Positions 30,686 to 39,503 of a stretch of 64,000 bases of DNA are shown here, in pieces; position 1 is the stretch's first letter, and every line of letters begins with the position of its first letter. The notes under the pieces were generated by a model, which saw only the letters and a list, made by a program, of their open reading frames with translations, searched no databases and was not told the origin of the DNA. This stretch comes from Candidatus Brocadiia bacterium (GTDB taxonomy: Bacteria; Planctomycetota; Brocadiia; SM23-32), in assembly GCA_046538485.1 (NCBI GenBank), contig JBKHIT010000003.1:96001-160000 (forward strand), given 5' to 3'. The translations under genes were made by a program, and so were the position numbers.

Positions 30686-31036
30686 TTAGAGCAAGTTTTC
30701 GATTCCCGGCAACGGGATTCCCTGGGTCAATTTGCTTTTTTCTTCCTCTTCAATGTCGGCGGCTTTTTTCAAGCCCTGCCTTACGGCAGCGAGGATCATC
30801 TCCTGGAGGAATTCCGGGTCTTCTTCCTCCAGAATGGTCGGTTCTATCTTGACATCAAGGGGCTCTTGAAGCCCGTTGAAAAGCACCTTCACCATACCTC
30901 CGCCGGCACTTCCCTCGACCACCCGCTCTTTGAGCGTTTCATCGAGTTCATCCATCTGTTTCTGCAATTCTTTTACCTGATTCTGAGCTTGTTTCATGAT
31001 ACGACCCATGTCGCCCAGACCGCCTAAACCTTTCAT
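30686..31036 (-). CDS. ybaB: YbaB/EbfC nucleoid-associated protein
   Basis: MKQAQ...GSAGGGMVKV..NG...LQEMILAAV; lies between dnaX and recR. Confidence 0.93.
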   Translation of the reverse strand: MKGLGGLGDMGRIMKQAQNQVKELQKQMDELDETLKERVVEGSAGGGMVKVLFNGLQEPLDVKIEPTILEEEDPEFLQEMILAAVRQGLKKAADIEEEEKSKLTQGIPLPGIENLL

Positions 31037-31168
31037 TACCTGGCTCCTGAAATAAATTATCGCTTGTAGAGTTCTTCTTTATCCACTAAAACCACCCGGT
31101 CCCGTTTGCATCATCTTTGTCGAGAGATTTTTGCACGGATAGCGATTTGCGTGTGAAAATAAAACAGT

Positions 31169-32698
31169 TTACTGATCGTCTTCCATGGTGTTTTCGCCGG
31201 TTTGTTTTTGTTCGTCCAATTTTTTTTGCCGTTCCCGCAGCTGTACAGGGCGCAACCCAAATTCTTTATCGGCTTGGATGAACGCTTGCATCAGCGAGTC
31301 TTCGTTTTTTAAACCGTTTGCCAGAGTTCGTTTTTCGGCCGATACTTCAATCTGCTTGTATGTGTCTCTGTCGATTCCCTCCGGGAGATCCATTTTTTCT
31401 GTCTCTGAAATACGTCTCTGACCAGAAGGATTTTTCTGCTGCAGTTTCTTCATCATGCTGGCCACACGCGAAGATTGACTATCTTTCTTTTTTTTTTGAG
31501 GAGACACTCCCGTTGACTTTTTCTGTGCGGTCTCTTTTTCCGTTGACGGATTGGCTTCTGTTTGCGGATCCCCTCCCGAAAGGCGTTCGATAGCTTCTTC
31601 CAAATGCAGCAAATCCTCTGTGTTTGAAAGTTTAATAATAGCCAGTTCCATTGCCAGCCGACCCGTGCTATCGCGTCGGGCTCGGAGTTTTGCCTCACGG
31701 AAGACCTGAAGTAGATAGAGTATTTGGTCTGGAGAGAAGGCTTCTGCCTGGCGTTCGAGGGTTTCAGAATCAGCGGGGGCGCTGGCGAGCAAGTCATCCT
31801 CTGGTCCACAATAACTGGCGACCAGCAAATCGCGGAGGTATGCCGAAATCTGATCGGCAAAATCCAGAATATCAACGCCCCCCAGCAGCACTTCGTGCAT
31901 TTTTTGCAGGGCCTTGCCGGTTTGCTGGTCAGATAGGGCGTCAACAATTTCGACCAGAGTTTGTGTGCGAGCGGTGCCCAAAACCATGCGGACATCCTCG
32001 GACCGCACCTGCTTTCCACCGAATGCTGCCACCTGGTCGAGTGTCCCGAGGGCGTCCCTCATACTTCCCCGCGCCGCCCGTGCGATAAGTTGCAGCGCAC
32101 CGTCTTCCACCTCAAGATCTTCTTGGGAACAGATCCCACGCAGATGATCGACGATCTGGAGGTCCGATAAACGCCGAAAATCAAAACGCTGGCAGCGGCT
32201 CTTAACAGTTTCAGGTAATTGTTGGGGGTCGGTGGTTGAGAAAATAAATTTTACGTGTTCGGGCGGTTCTTCCAGCGTTTTGAGCAGGGCGTTGAAGGCA
32301 TGATCGCTGAGCATATGGACTTCATCAATGTAATAAATTTTGTAACGACTGCGCGCCGGGGCATATTTAACGTTCTGGCGCAACTGTTCGATATCTTCCA
32401 CGAGTCGATTTGATGCACCATCGATCTCCATGACATCAATATCCTCCCCGCTTGCAATGCGTTTGCAGGCATCACATTCCCCGCAGGGCTCCGGCGTCGG
32501 TCCTTTTTCGCAGTTCAGAGCGCAGGCAAGGATCCGAGCCATCGTTGTTTTGCCGACTCCGCGGCTGCCGCAGAACAAATAAGCGTGCGCCACTTTGCCT
32601 TCCCGAACTGCATTTTGCAGCGTTCGGGCAACATGTTCTTGTCCAACCACTTCGCTGAACTGAGTCGGTCGGTATTTTCGAGCAAAAACCAAATACAC
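31169..32698 (-). CDS. dnaX: DNA polymerase III subunit gamma/tau (GTG start at 32698)
   Basis: ARKYRP, GQEHV, Walker A GSRGVGKTT, zinc CEKG..PCGECDAC, IDEVHML, NALLKTLEEPP, SRC, GSMRDA. Confidence 0.97.
   Translation of the reverse strand: MYLVFARKYRPTQFSEVVGQEHVARTLQNAVREGKVAHAYLFCGSRGVGKTTMARILACALNCEKGPTPEPCGECDACKRIASGEDIDVMEIDGASNRLVEDIEQLRQNVKYAPARSRYKIYYIDEVHMLSDHAFNALLKTLEEPPEHVKFIFSTTDPQQLPETVKSRCQRFDFRRLSDLQIVDHLRGICSQEDLEVEDGALQLIARAARGSMRDALGTLDQVAAFGGKQVRSEDVRMVLGTARTQTLVEIVDALSDQQTGKALQKMHEVLLGGVDILDFADQISAYLRDLLVASYCGPEDDLLASAPADSETLERQAEAFSPDQILYLLQVFREAKLRARRDSTGRLAMELAIIKLSNTEDLLHLEEAIERLSGGDPQTEANPSTEKETAQKKSTGVSPQKKKKDSQSSRVASMMKKLQQKNPSGQRRISETEKMDLPEGIDRDTYKQIEVSAEKRTLANGLKNEDSLMQAFIQADKEFGLRPVQLRERQKKLDEQKQTGENTMEDDQ
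31479..31511 (-). other. Candidate programmed frameshift / slippage site in dnaX
   Basis: Coding strand GGGAG-TGTCTCCTC-A10-GAAAGATAG; in-frame A AAA AAG; -1 frame TAG two codons later. Confidence 0.6.
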
Positions 32699-32753
32699 GG
32701 AACTGACCCCGGAAAAGCAGAATACTTCCTGTCTGAGAGAAAGCCAAAAATTT

Positions 32754-33025
32754 GGGATCGTGCACTCCGTTTGGCAACACATCTTCGGCAGTAGCCGTTG
32801 TTCAGCTCCCGGCGAGCTGCCCCACGGCAGGCAGGGGTACCGCTTATGGCTGCTGGCGTCAACCCCTGACCAAGTTCACGGCCGCCCTACTCCATGGGAC
32901 CCACCGTTCAATACTGAGCTAACAGCTCTTTTCCTGAAAGATGCCATTGCCGCAGCGGAGCGGTCAGCCCTGCTGAGCGGTTTGCAGGTACAGGGCACCG
33001 CTAGTACCCCGCTTAGCACGATCCC
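32754..33025 (-). ncRNA. ffs: Large bacterial SRP RNA (Alu-domain type)
   Basis: 5' GTGCTAAGCGGGG..TAGCGGTGCCCTGTACCTGCAA.CCGCT..GCAGGG matches the Bacillus scRNA Alu domain; helix 8 CAGG-GGT-TGAC-GCC-AGCAG; terminal helix TTTGGGATCGTGC/GCACGATCCCAAA; directly upstream of dnaX. Confidence 0.93.
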
Positions 33026-33409
33026 AAAATGCCAAAGACTCGATTAAACCCGAACAAAAAGCCCCCAAAACGTTTATTTTGGTGGACAATAAGCCCAAAA
33101 TACGACACGATCTAGACGATATCACACTACTGTCGAGCACGCAACCTAAATCGACCGGTTTAAGAACCACTTGTTTCTGATGGCCCAATTTTGTGATTCC
33201 ATCGTGCGGCACCGTTTTCGAACGCTATTTCGGTTTAAAAATTATTGGGAACGGTATATAGTGATAAAATCCGGCGAATTCCCTGATGAAGGCTTCAAAC
33301 TGTCCGTGAAATCCAGGTCGGGTCTGAATCCCATCTTGCCTGGTATAAGATTGTGCAACGTCTGCAGTAAAAAAATGCAAAAGTGCCTGTCTGTGAAAGG
33401 ATTAAAACG

Positions 33410-34225
33410 ATGATTGTCATTGCTGAACGGATCAATGCGACCCGCGAACCGATATCTCTGGCAATGAATGAGCGCGACGCGGCTCATATTGCTGAAGAAA
33501 CTAAATTGCAGGAAAGGTGCGGCGCGGATTATATCGACATTAATGGCGGAAACACTCCAGATCAGGAAGTCGAAAATCTCAGCTGGGCCGTGGAGATTGT
33601 CCAGCAGAATACTGATTTACCGCTTTGCATCGATTCTGCGGGGGCTGAAGGTTTTGAGGCAGCTCTCGAGAAGATACATTCCGAAGATGTCATGCTGAAT
33701 AGCGTCAATGGAGAATCGGAAAAGATGGAAAAAATCCTTCCGATTGCTGCCGAGAGGAGCGCAAGGTTGGTAGCATTGCTCATGGACGAGGAAGGTCTGC
33801 CCTCCGGAGTCGATGATAGGCTTCAGATCGCGGAGAAAATCGTGGAACAGGCGGAGAAAGCTGGAGTTGCGCTGGGCAAACTTTATGTTGATCCGTGCGT
33901 CCAGCCTTTGTGTACAAATCCAGACCAGGCCAATGCGGTGATCGAGTGCGTCGGGCGGGTGATGGAAGATTATCCCGGGATCCATACAACGGGGGGACTT
34001 TCAAATATCAGTTTCGGACTCCCTTATCGTGGTGTGGTAAATCGGGCGTTCATTACATTTTTGATCGGAGCAGGCCTGGATTCCGGAATTGTTGATCCCA
34101 CCAGTCAAGATATGATGGCCACGATTCTGGCGGCTGAAGCCATCTGCGAAAAGGACGAAATGTGCATGAATTATATCAAAGCCGACCGCCAGGGGCTTCT
34201 GAGGCCGGATGAGATCGAGGCATAA
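33410..34225 (+). CDS. Methyltetrahydrofolate:corrinoid methyltransferase (AcsE-like, pterin-binding TIM barrel)
   Basis: IAERINAT, GADYIDIN, PLCIDS, LNSVN, DP.VQP, GLSNISFGLP; SD AAAGGA. Confidence 0.88.
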   Translation: MIVIAERINATREPISLAMNERDAAHIAEETKLQERCGADYIDINGGNTPDQEVENLSWAVEIVQQNTDLPLCIDSAGAEGFEAALEKIHSEDVMLNSVNGESEKMEKILPIAAERSARLVALLMDEEGLPSGVDDRLQIAEKIVEQAEKAGVALGKLYVDPCVQPLCTNPDQANAVIECVGRVMEDYPGIHTTGGLSNISFGLPYRGVVNRAFITFLIGAGLDSGIVDPTSQDMMATILAAEAICEKDEMCMNYIKADRQGLLRPDEIEA

Positions 34226-34267
34226 GCGTGATCGAGTCTCTATAGTGCAGAAAACAGGAGAGACAAA

Positions 34268-35089
34268 TTGAAAGACCCTGCCAGCGTGAACCAGAAACAT
34301 GTGAAGGTGCAGGCAGGGCGCGGCGAATTGCTCGGGATGATATACGAAGACCGCGCAGGGTGCGCCTGCGATACCGCTGTGCTGATATGCAATCCGTTTG
34401 GGGACGAGCGCAAATCGAGCTGTCTGGGTCTGAGCCGAATGGCCTGTCATATTGCGCGTAAGGGTTTCCGGGTTTTGCGGTTCGATTACTATGGAACCGG
34501 AGATAGCCCGGGAGATTTTCGAGAAGCCACACTGGAATCCAGGCTCGACGATATTGCTTCTGCGGCCGAGTTTCTCTCCGGATTTGAGAAAACTGATGGA
34601 CTTGTGCTTATCGGCCTGCGCTATGGTGCTTTATTGGCCGCTCGATCTGCTCGGGATATCGAATTGTGCCGGGGAGTGGCCCTTTTGGAGCCGGTTCCCC
34701 ACGGCCGGTCGTATTTCGAACGCCAGATCCAGCGGAAAAAAGTACGGCAGATGATAACGAGTGGCAAGGCCTCATCCAGTAGCGAGGAGGACGGAGAGGA
34801 AATTATAGATCTCGATGGCTACCCCATTCCCAAAGACATCATTGAAGGGCTTCAAAGTCCTTGTCTGAGCGAGACTGAGCTGTCCGGGAAAATTTTGCTT
34901 GTTCAAATTTCATTTGATGAAAACTTGCGGCGGGAAACAAAAGAACTTCGCGATAGTCTTGGCAGTGGTGTCACCGGGATATTGACGAAAACCGTCGTGC
35001 TGCCGCCTTTTTGGAGCCGGATTGAGATCACCGATACGACGGAACTAAACGAGGTAGCATCGGGTTGGTTGACAGGCTTATGGGGTTAA
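34268..35089 (+). CDS. Alpha/beta-hydrolase-fold protein (exosortase/PKS-associated hydrolase 2-like)
   Basis: LICNPFGDE, RFDYYGTGDS.G, GLRYGA elbow, PV..GR.Y, PPFW. Confidence 0.78.
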   Translation: MKDPASVNQKHVKVQAGRGELLGMIYEDRAGCACDTAVLICNPFGDERKSSCLGLSRMACHIARKGFRVLRFDYYGTGDSPGDFREATLESRLDDIASAAEFLSGFEKTDGLVLIGLRYGALLAARSARDIELCRGVALLEPVPHGRSYFERQIQRKKVRQMITSGKASSSSEEDGEEIIDLDGYPIPKDIIEGLQSPCLSETELSGKILLVQISFDENLRRETKELRDSLGSGVTGILTKTVVLPPFWSRIEITDTTELNEVASGWLTGLWG

Positions 35090-35094
35090 TTTGA

Positions 35095-35116
35095 CGTTTT
35101 GAGCGCCTCAAAAACG
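35095..35116. terminator. Hairpin between convergent genes (possible terminator)
   Basis: CGTTTTGAG-CGC-CTCAAAAACG with one bulge. Confidence 0.4.
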
Positions 35117-35130
35117 CAAGGAGGAACAAA

Positions 35131-37419
35131 TCACTCCGGTCTTTTCCCATGCAGATCAGCATCAATTGCGTGCGCTGCGTCTTTCCCTGCTCCCATGGCC
35201 TGAATTACCGTGGCAGCGCCCGTCACAATATCGCCGCCTGCATAGACCTTATCCAGAGTGGTTTTTCCCGTTCCGGGTTCAGCGACAATTGTCCCCCATT
35301 TGTCAACTTCAAGGCCTTTGGTTGTCTGTGGTATGAGCGGGTGAGGCCGGTTGCCGAAAGCGATAATGACCATATCCATGGGGATTTCAAATTCAGAGCC
35401 TTCGATCGGATAGGGCCGCCTGCGACCGTCTTCGCCGGGTTCTCCGAGTTCCATTTGAATGCATCGGACTCCCTTGACCCATCCGTCCGAATCGCCAAGA
35501 ATTTCCACCACATTGGTGAGCCAGCGGATGTCGACGTCTTCTTCCATGGCATGTTCCAGTTCGGCCTGGCGTGCCGGGCATTCCTCCTCGGAGCGACGGT
35601 AGAGGACAGTTACTTCGTCAGCACCGAGTCTCAGGGCTGTGCGTGCCGAGTCCATGGCGACATTCCCCCCGCCGAGCACGGCGATACGAGGGCGGACCAG
35701 TACGGGAGTTTCGTATCGGGTGTCATAAGCGCGCATCAGATTAACCCGGGTGAGATATTCGTTGGCGCTGAGCACTCCATTCAGGTTTTCCCCGGCTGTA
35801 CCCACGAGGATGGGGAGGCCTGCTCCCGAGCCAACAAAAACCGCCGCGAATCCTTCATCGAACAGTTCCCGGATAGAAGCGGTTTTCCCGACGACAAAAT
35901 TCGTGCGGATTTCTACGCCCAGTGATTTTATGAAATCCACTTCCTGAGCGACGATTTCTTTGGGTAGTCTGAATTGGGGAATACCGTATGTGAGCACGCC
36001 TCCAGGTTCATGGAGAGCTTCGTGGATCACCGGTTGGTAACCGAGCCGCGCCAGTTCCCCCGCTGCTGTCAGACCGGCCGGTCCGCTTCCCACAATAGCA
36101 ATTCTTTCTTTGGTTGCCTTTGCCAGATTCGGCGTTTCAATCAGGTCGTTTTCTCGTTCGTAGTCAGCGACAAACCGCTCGAGGTTACCGATAGCGACGG
36201 GGTCCGCTTTTCGGCCGAGAACGCAATTCGCTTCGCATTGATCTTCCTGCGGGCAGACCCGACCACAAACGGCTGGCAGGGCATTGTCTTCTTTTATGAG
36301 GCTGGCGGCATCCGCAAATTTGCGTTGCGTTATCAGCTTGATAAATCCGGGAATGTCGATCCCCACCGGACATCCTTCAACGCACTTCGGTTTTTTGCAT
36401 TGCAGGCACCTGTTGGCTTCCATTACGGCTTGTTCTGGTCTCAGACCAAAAGGGACTTCCACAAAATTATTTATGCGTTTGTCGGCTGGTTGCTCGGGCA
36501 TTGGTTGCCGGGGGATTTCTATGCTTTTTTCGGCTTCTCGCCCGGCCTGCAGTTTTGCATTTTGAAAATCGGTATGATCCTGGTCGCACTCATGAGCTGG
36601 CTCATACTGGGGTAGTTCCCGTGCACGCGGATTGTCTTCATATTGTGCGAGGCGGGCTCGGAGTTCCTCGAAATCGACCTGATGTCCGTCAAATTCCGGT
36701 CCGTCGACGCAGGCGAATTTCGTTTCCCCACCAATAGTAACGCGGCATCCTCCGCACATGCCGGTGCCATCGAGCATTATGGGGTTGAGGCTCACGATTG
36801 TTTTGACACCAAAGGGTCTTGTAATGTCTGAAATGGCGGCCATCATTGGCACGGGGCCAACGGCATAGACGGCATCGATTTTTCCGTTTGATTGAAGCAT
36901 CTCTTTCAGCAGGTCCGTTGGAAAGCCGTGATACCCTTTGGAACCGTCATCGGTAGCGATCTGGAGGTCTTCGCAGAGCTGGGCGAGCTCCTTTTCCATG
37001 ATCAGAAGTTCTTCACTCCGGGCACTTATAATTCCGGTGACCCCTTTCATGTGGGCTCGTATTGCTCGGACGAGTGGCAGTATCAAGGCGATACCCAGGC
37101 CACCCCCGACGCAGACTGCGTGTTCCCCGTCATGCAATTCAGTGGGTTTCCCGAGCGGGCCGGCTACGTCAAGGATCTCGTCTCCCGCCGAGAATGTTGC
37201 CAGATGCTCTGTGGTATTTCCGACGGCCTGGAAAACGACCGTTATTGAGTGATTTTCCGGTTCGCCTCCGGCGATGGTGAGAGGAATTCGTTCGCCGGTT
37301 TCGGAGAGGCGGAGGACCACAAACTGCCCGGCTTTCCGTTTCTGGGCGATACGCGGCGCGTGGATCTTAATCTGGTAGGTCTTTGGGGCCAGCTTTTCTT
37401 TTGCGAGGATTTCATACAT
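35131..37419 (-). CDS. Fused NfnA-NfnB (SudB-SudA/GltD-like) electron-bifurcating transhydrogenase
   Basis: N-part ERIPLTIA, GPLG, MLDGTGMCGGCRV...CVDGPEFD (Asp-ligated 2Fe-2S); C-part RCLQCKKPKCVEGCP, GRVCPQEDQCE..C, GSGPAGL, GGGNVAMD, AGGDIVTGAATVI. Confidence 0.92.
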   Translation of the reverse strand: MYEILAKEKLAPKTYQIKIHAPRIAQKRKAGQFVVLRLSETGERIPLTIAGGEPENHSITVVFQAVGNTTEHLATFSAGDEILDVAGPLGKPTELHDGEHAVCVGGGLGIALILPLVRAIRAHMKGVTGIISARSEELLIMEKELAQLCEDLQIATDDGSKGYHGFPTDLLKEMLQSNGKIDAVYAVGPVPMMAAISDITRPFGVKTIVSLNPIMLDGTGMCGGCRVTIGGETKFACVDGPEFDGHQVDFEELRARLAQYEDNPRARELPQYEPAHECDQDHTDFQNAKLQAGREAEKSIEIPRQPMPEQPADKRINNFVEVPFGLRPEQAVMEANRCLQCKKPKCVEGCPVGIDIPGFIKLITQRKFADAASLIKEDNALPAVCGRVCPQEDQCEANCVLGRKADPVAIGNLERFVADYERENDLIETPNLAKATKERIAIVGSGPAGLTAAGELARLGYQPVIHEALHEPGGVLTYGIPQFRLPKEIVAQEVDFIKSLGVEIRTNFVVGKTASIRELFDEGFAAVFVGSGAGLPILVGTAGENLNGVLSANEYLTRVNLMRAYDTRYETPVLVRPRIAVLGGGNVAMDSARTALRLGADEVTVLYRRSEEECPARQAELEHAMEEDVDIRWLTNVVEILGDSDGWVKGVRCIQMELGEPGEDGRRRPYPIEGSEFEIPMDMVIIAFGNRPHPLIPQTTKGLEVDKWGTIVAEPGTGKTTLDKVYAGGDIVTGAATVIQAMGAGKDAAHAIDADLHGKRPE

Positions 37420-37450
37420 TTTTAAAGCTCAATCAGCCATAAGAAGAGCC

Positions 37451-37805
37451 CTAACCCGCATATTTCAAGCCCCCTCAGCGCCGGATATGCGCGGAGGGCA
37501 AAGGCGGGTGTATTCGTATACCCCAACTGCAGCCTGACAAAGCATAGAGGCAGAAGCCTCTTTCATCATAGTAAGACCGGGGCTGGTTTTTTTGTCACCG
37601 TCCGCGCGGTCTGACAGTCTCACTCCAACGGAACCGCCAACTGGCGGCTGAGGGGGCTCCCGACAGGGTGAATTCCTGCCGTTTGTTTGAAAAAGCGCTC
37701 AGTACAGGGTGTGTACAAATCATCATGGCAAAATCCGTAGTAAGGCCAAGTCCAGAAATGCTTTATAGTAATATCACTTCGGAATTTATGAGATATGGGG
37801 GCTAA
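37451..37805. mobile_element. Non-coding element bounded by imperfect 17 bp inverted ends, with an internal multi-hairpin structure
   Basis: CTAACCCGCATATTTCA (37451-67) vs reverse complement of 37789-805 TTAGCCCCCATATCTCA (13/17); perfect 12 bp stem AGCCCCCTCAGC (37468-79)/GCTGAGGGGGCT (37647-58). Confidence 0.55.
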
Positions 37806-37837
37806 TCCCCGGCGGGACCCCGAGCTCCGTGTTTTCG

Positions 37838-38701
37838 TCAGGAGTGATTACCGGTTTCCTCGCGGAACATTTCCAGAAGTTGTAGTGTAATGGGTCCGGG
37901 TGTGCCGTCCCCGATATCACGGCTATCAATGCGCACGACAGGCACCAGTTCGGCGGCGGTACCCGTGAGGAAACACTCATCGGCGACGTAAAGATCAAAA
38001 CGGGTCAGCTGGCGTTCTTCGATCCCTATATCCGCGCTTCGCGCAAGCTGCATTACCACCTGGCGTGTGATGCCTTCCAGCATCCCAGCTTCAGGAGGGG
38101 GAGTGACGAGTGTGCTTTCTGAAACGATGAACAGGTTATCGCCCGTACATTCGGCGACATAGCCCTGGCTGTTGAGCATAATTGCTTCAATAACCCCTGC
38201 CTGAAGGGCCTCTATTTTCGCGAGGATATTGTTGAGATAGTTTAGAGATTTGATTTTCGGGCTCAGGACATTGTGGTGGGTCCGCATAGTGGGGACGGTT
38301 ACCACTTCCAATCCTTTTTCGTAAAACTCTTTCGGGTAAAGAGATATAGAGTCCGTGATAATGATCACCTCTGGATCCGGGCATTTTGTTGGATCGAGAC
38401 CTAAGGTCCCAACTCCCCGGGTGATAACGACCCTGATATAGGCATTTGTCAGGTCATTGGCTTCAAGCGTTTCATGAATAGCTTCGATCAATTCCTCTTT
38501 GCTCATGGGGATTTCCAGGGCAATCGCCCGAGCGGAATTGTAAAGCCGTTCGATATGCTGCTCGCACCGGAATACTTTTCCTTTATAGGCACGGATTCCT
38601 TCAAATACACCATCGCCGTAGAGCAAACCGTGATCGTAAACGGAAATTTTTGCGTCTGCTCTTTCCTTCAATTCGCCGCTGATATAAACTTTTAGACCCA
38701 C
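37838..38701 (-). CDS. ilvE: Branched-chain amino acid aminotransferase (GTG start at 38701)
   Basis: DHGLLYGDGVFEGIRAY, H..RLY.SA, PLP lysine in KIKSLNYLNN, ECTGDN, LEGITR, ECFLTGTAAE; SD AAGGAG. Confidence 0.95.
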   Translation of the reverse strand: MGLKVYISGELKERADAKISVYDHGLLYGDGVFEGIRAYKGKVFRCEQHIERLYNSARAIALEIPMSKEELIEAIHETLEANDLTNAYIRVVITRGVGTLGLDPTKCPDPEVIIITDSISLYPKEFYEKGLEVVTVPTMRTHHNVLSPKIKSLNYLNNILAKIEALQAGVIEAIMLNSQGYVAECTGDNLFIVSESTLVTPPPEAGMLEGITRQVVMQLARSADIGIEERQLTRFDLYVADECFLTGTAAELVPVVRIDSRDIGDGTPGPITLQLLEMFREETGNHS

Positions 38702-38780
38702 ATCGCGCTCCTTAGATACTCCTTCAATTTCAATTGTATTGGGTAAACTACCGCAAAGCCTTGAGTTGTTCAAGCGTGAA

Positions 38781-39470
38781 TTATGAGGCTCTTTCGAGTC
38801 GTCCATCGACCAATCGGATTTTTCTTTCCGCGCGGGCGGCGATTGTAGGATCGTGCGTAACGATCACAAGGGTAGCCCCGGTTTCTTCTTTAAGCGTGCA
38901 GAGAAGATTAAGAATGGATTCCCCGGTGTGTGAATCGAGGTTGCCCGTCGGCTCGTCACAAAGCAGTATATGAGGTTTGTTGATAAGGGCTCGGGCGATG
39001 GCGACCCGCTGGCGTTCCCCTCCGGAGAGCTGGCCCGGTTTATGTGCGGCGCGCTCCCCCAGCCCGACCAGTTTCAGAAGTCGCTGGGCTTCCTGAAGTG
39101 ATTCTTTCTTTTTGCGTCTCCACGATCCCATGCCGGCATCAGCGATAGCGGGGAGGGCAACGTTTTCAACGGCGGTAAAATCGGGAAGAAGATGGTAGAA
39201 TTGGAAGACAAAGCCGAAAATCCGGTTCCGCCAACGCGCCTGGCGTTTTTGACTCAGGCTGGAAATTACCTGTTGTTTGTAAACCACCTGACCTTGGGTG
39301 GGGGTGTCGAGAATCCCCATCAGATGAAGCAAAGTGCTTTTACCTGCACCACTCGGTCCCTCAATAGCGAGAATTTCCCTGGGACTTACCTTCAATGAAA
39401 CGTTGTGGAGCACTCGCAGGGCTCGGCGGCCAATTTTATAATCTTTGCATACTTCTTGTACTTCAAGCAT
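38781..39470 (-). CDS. lolD: LolD-like ABC transporter ATP-binding protein
   Basis: GPSGAGKST, LolD-type R..WRN..FGFVFQFYHLLPDF, LSGGERQRVAIARAL, DEPTGNLD, VTHD. Confidence 0.8.
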   Translation of the reverse strand: MLEVQEVCKDYKIGRRALRVLHNVSLKVSPREILAIEGPSGAGKSTLLHLMGILDTPTQGQVVYKQQVISSLSQKRQARWRNRIFGFVFQFYHLLPDFTAVENVALPAIADAGMGSWRRKKKESLQEAQRLLKLVGLGERAAHKPGQLSGGERQRVAIARALINKPHILLCDEPTGNLDSHTGESILNLLCTLKEETGATLVIVTHDPTIAARAERKIRLVDGRLERAS

Positions 39471-39503
39471 GGTTTTCGCTCGAGAGGCAATCGTATCTTA
39501 GCC

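Noticed and set aside
32699..32782. N-terminal extension of DnaX in the ORF track
   Set aside because: It overlaps the SRP RNA 3' end; homology starts at GTG 32698.
33240..33409. Cobalamin riboswitch upstream of the AcsE-like gene
   Set aside because: No convincing B12-box or core consensus in the correct orientation.
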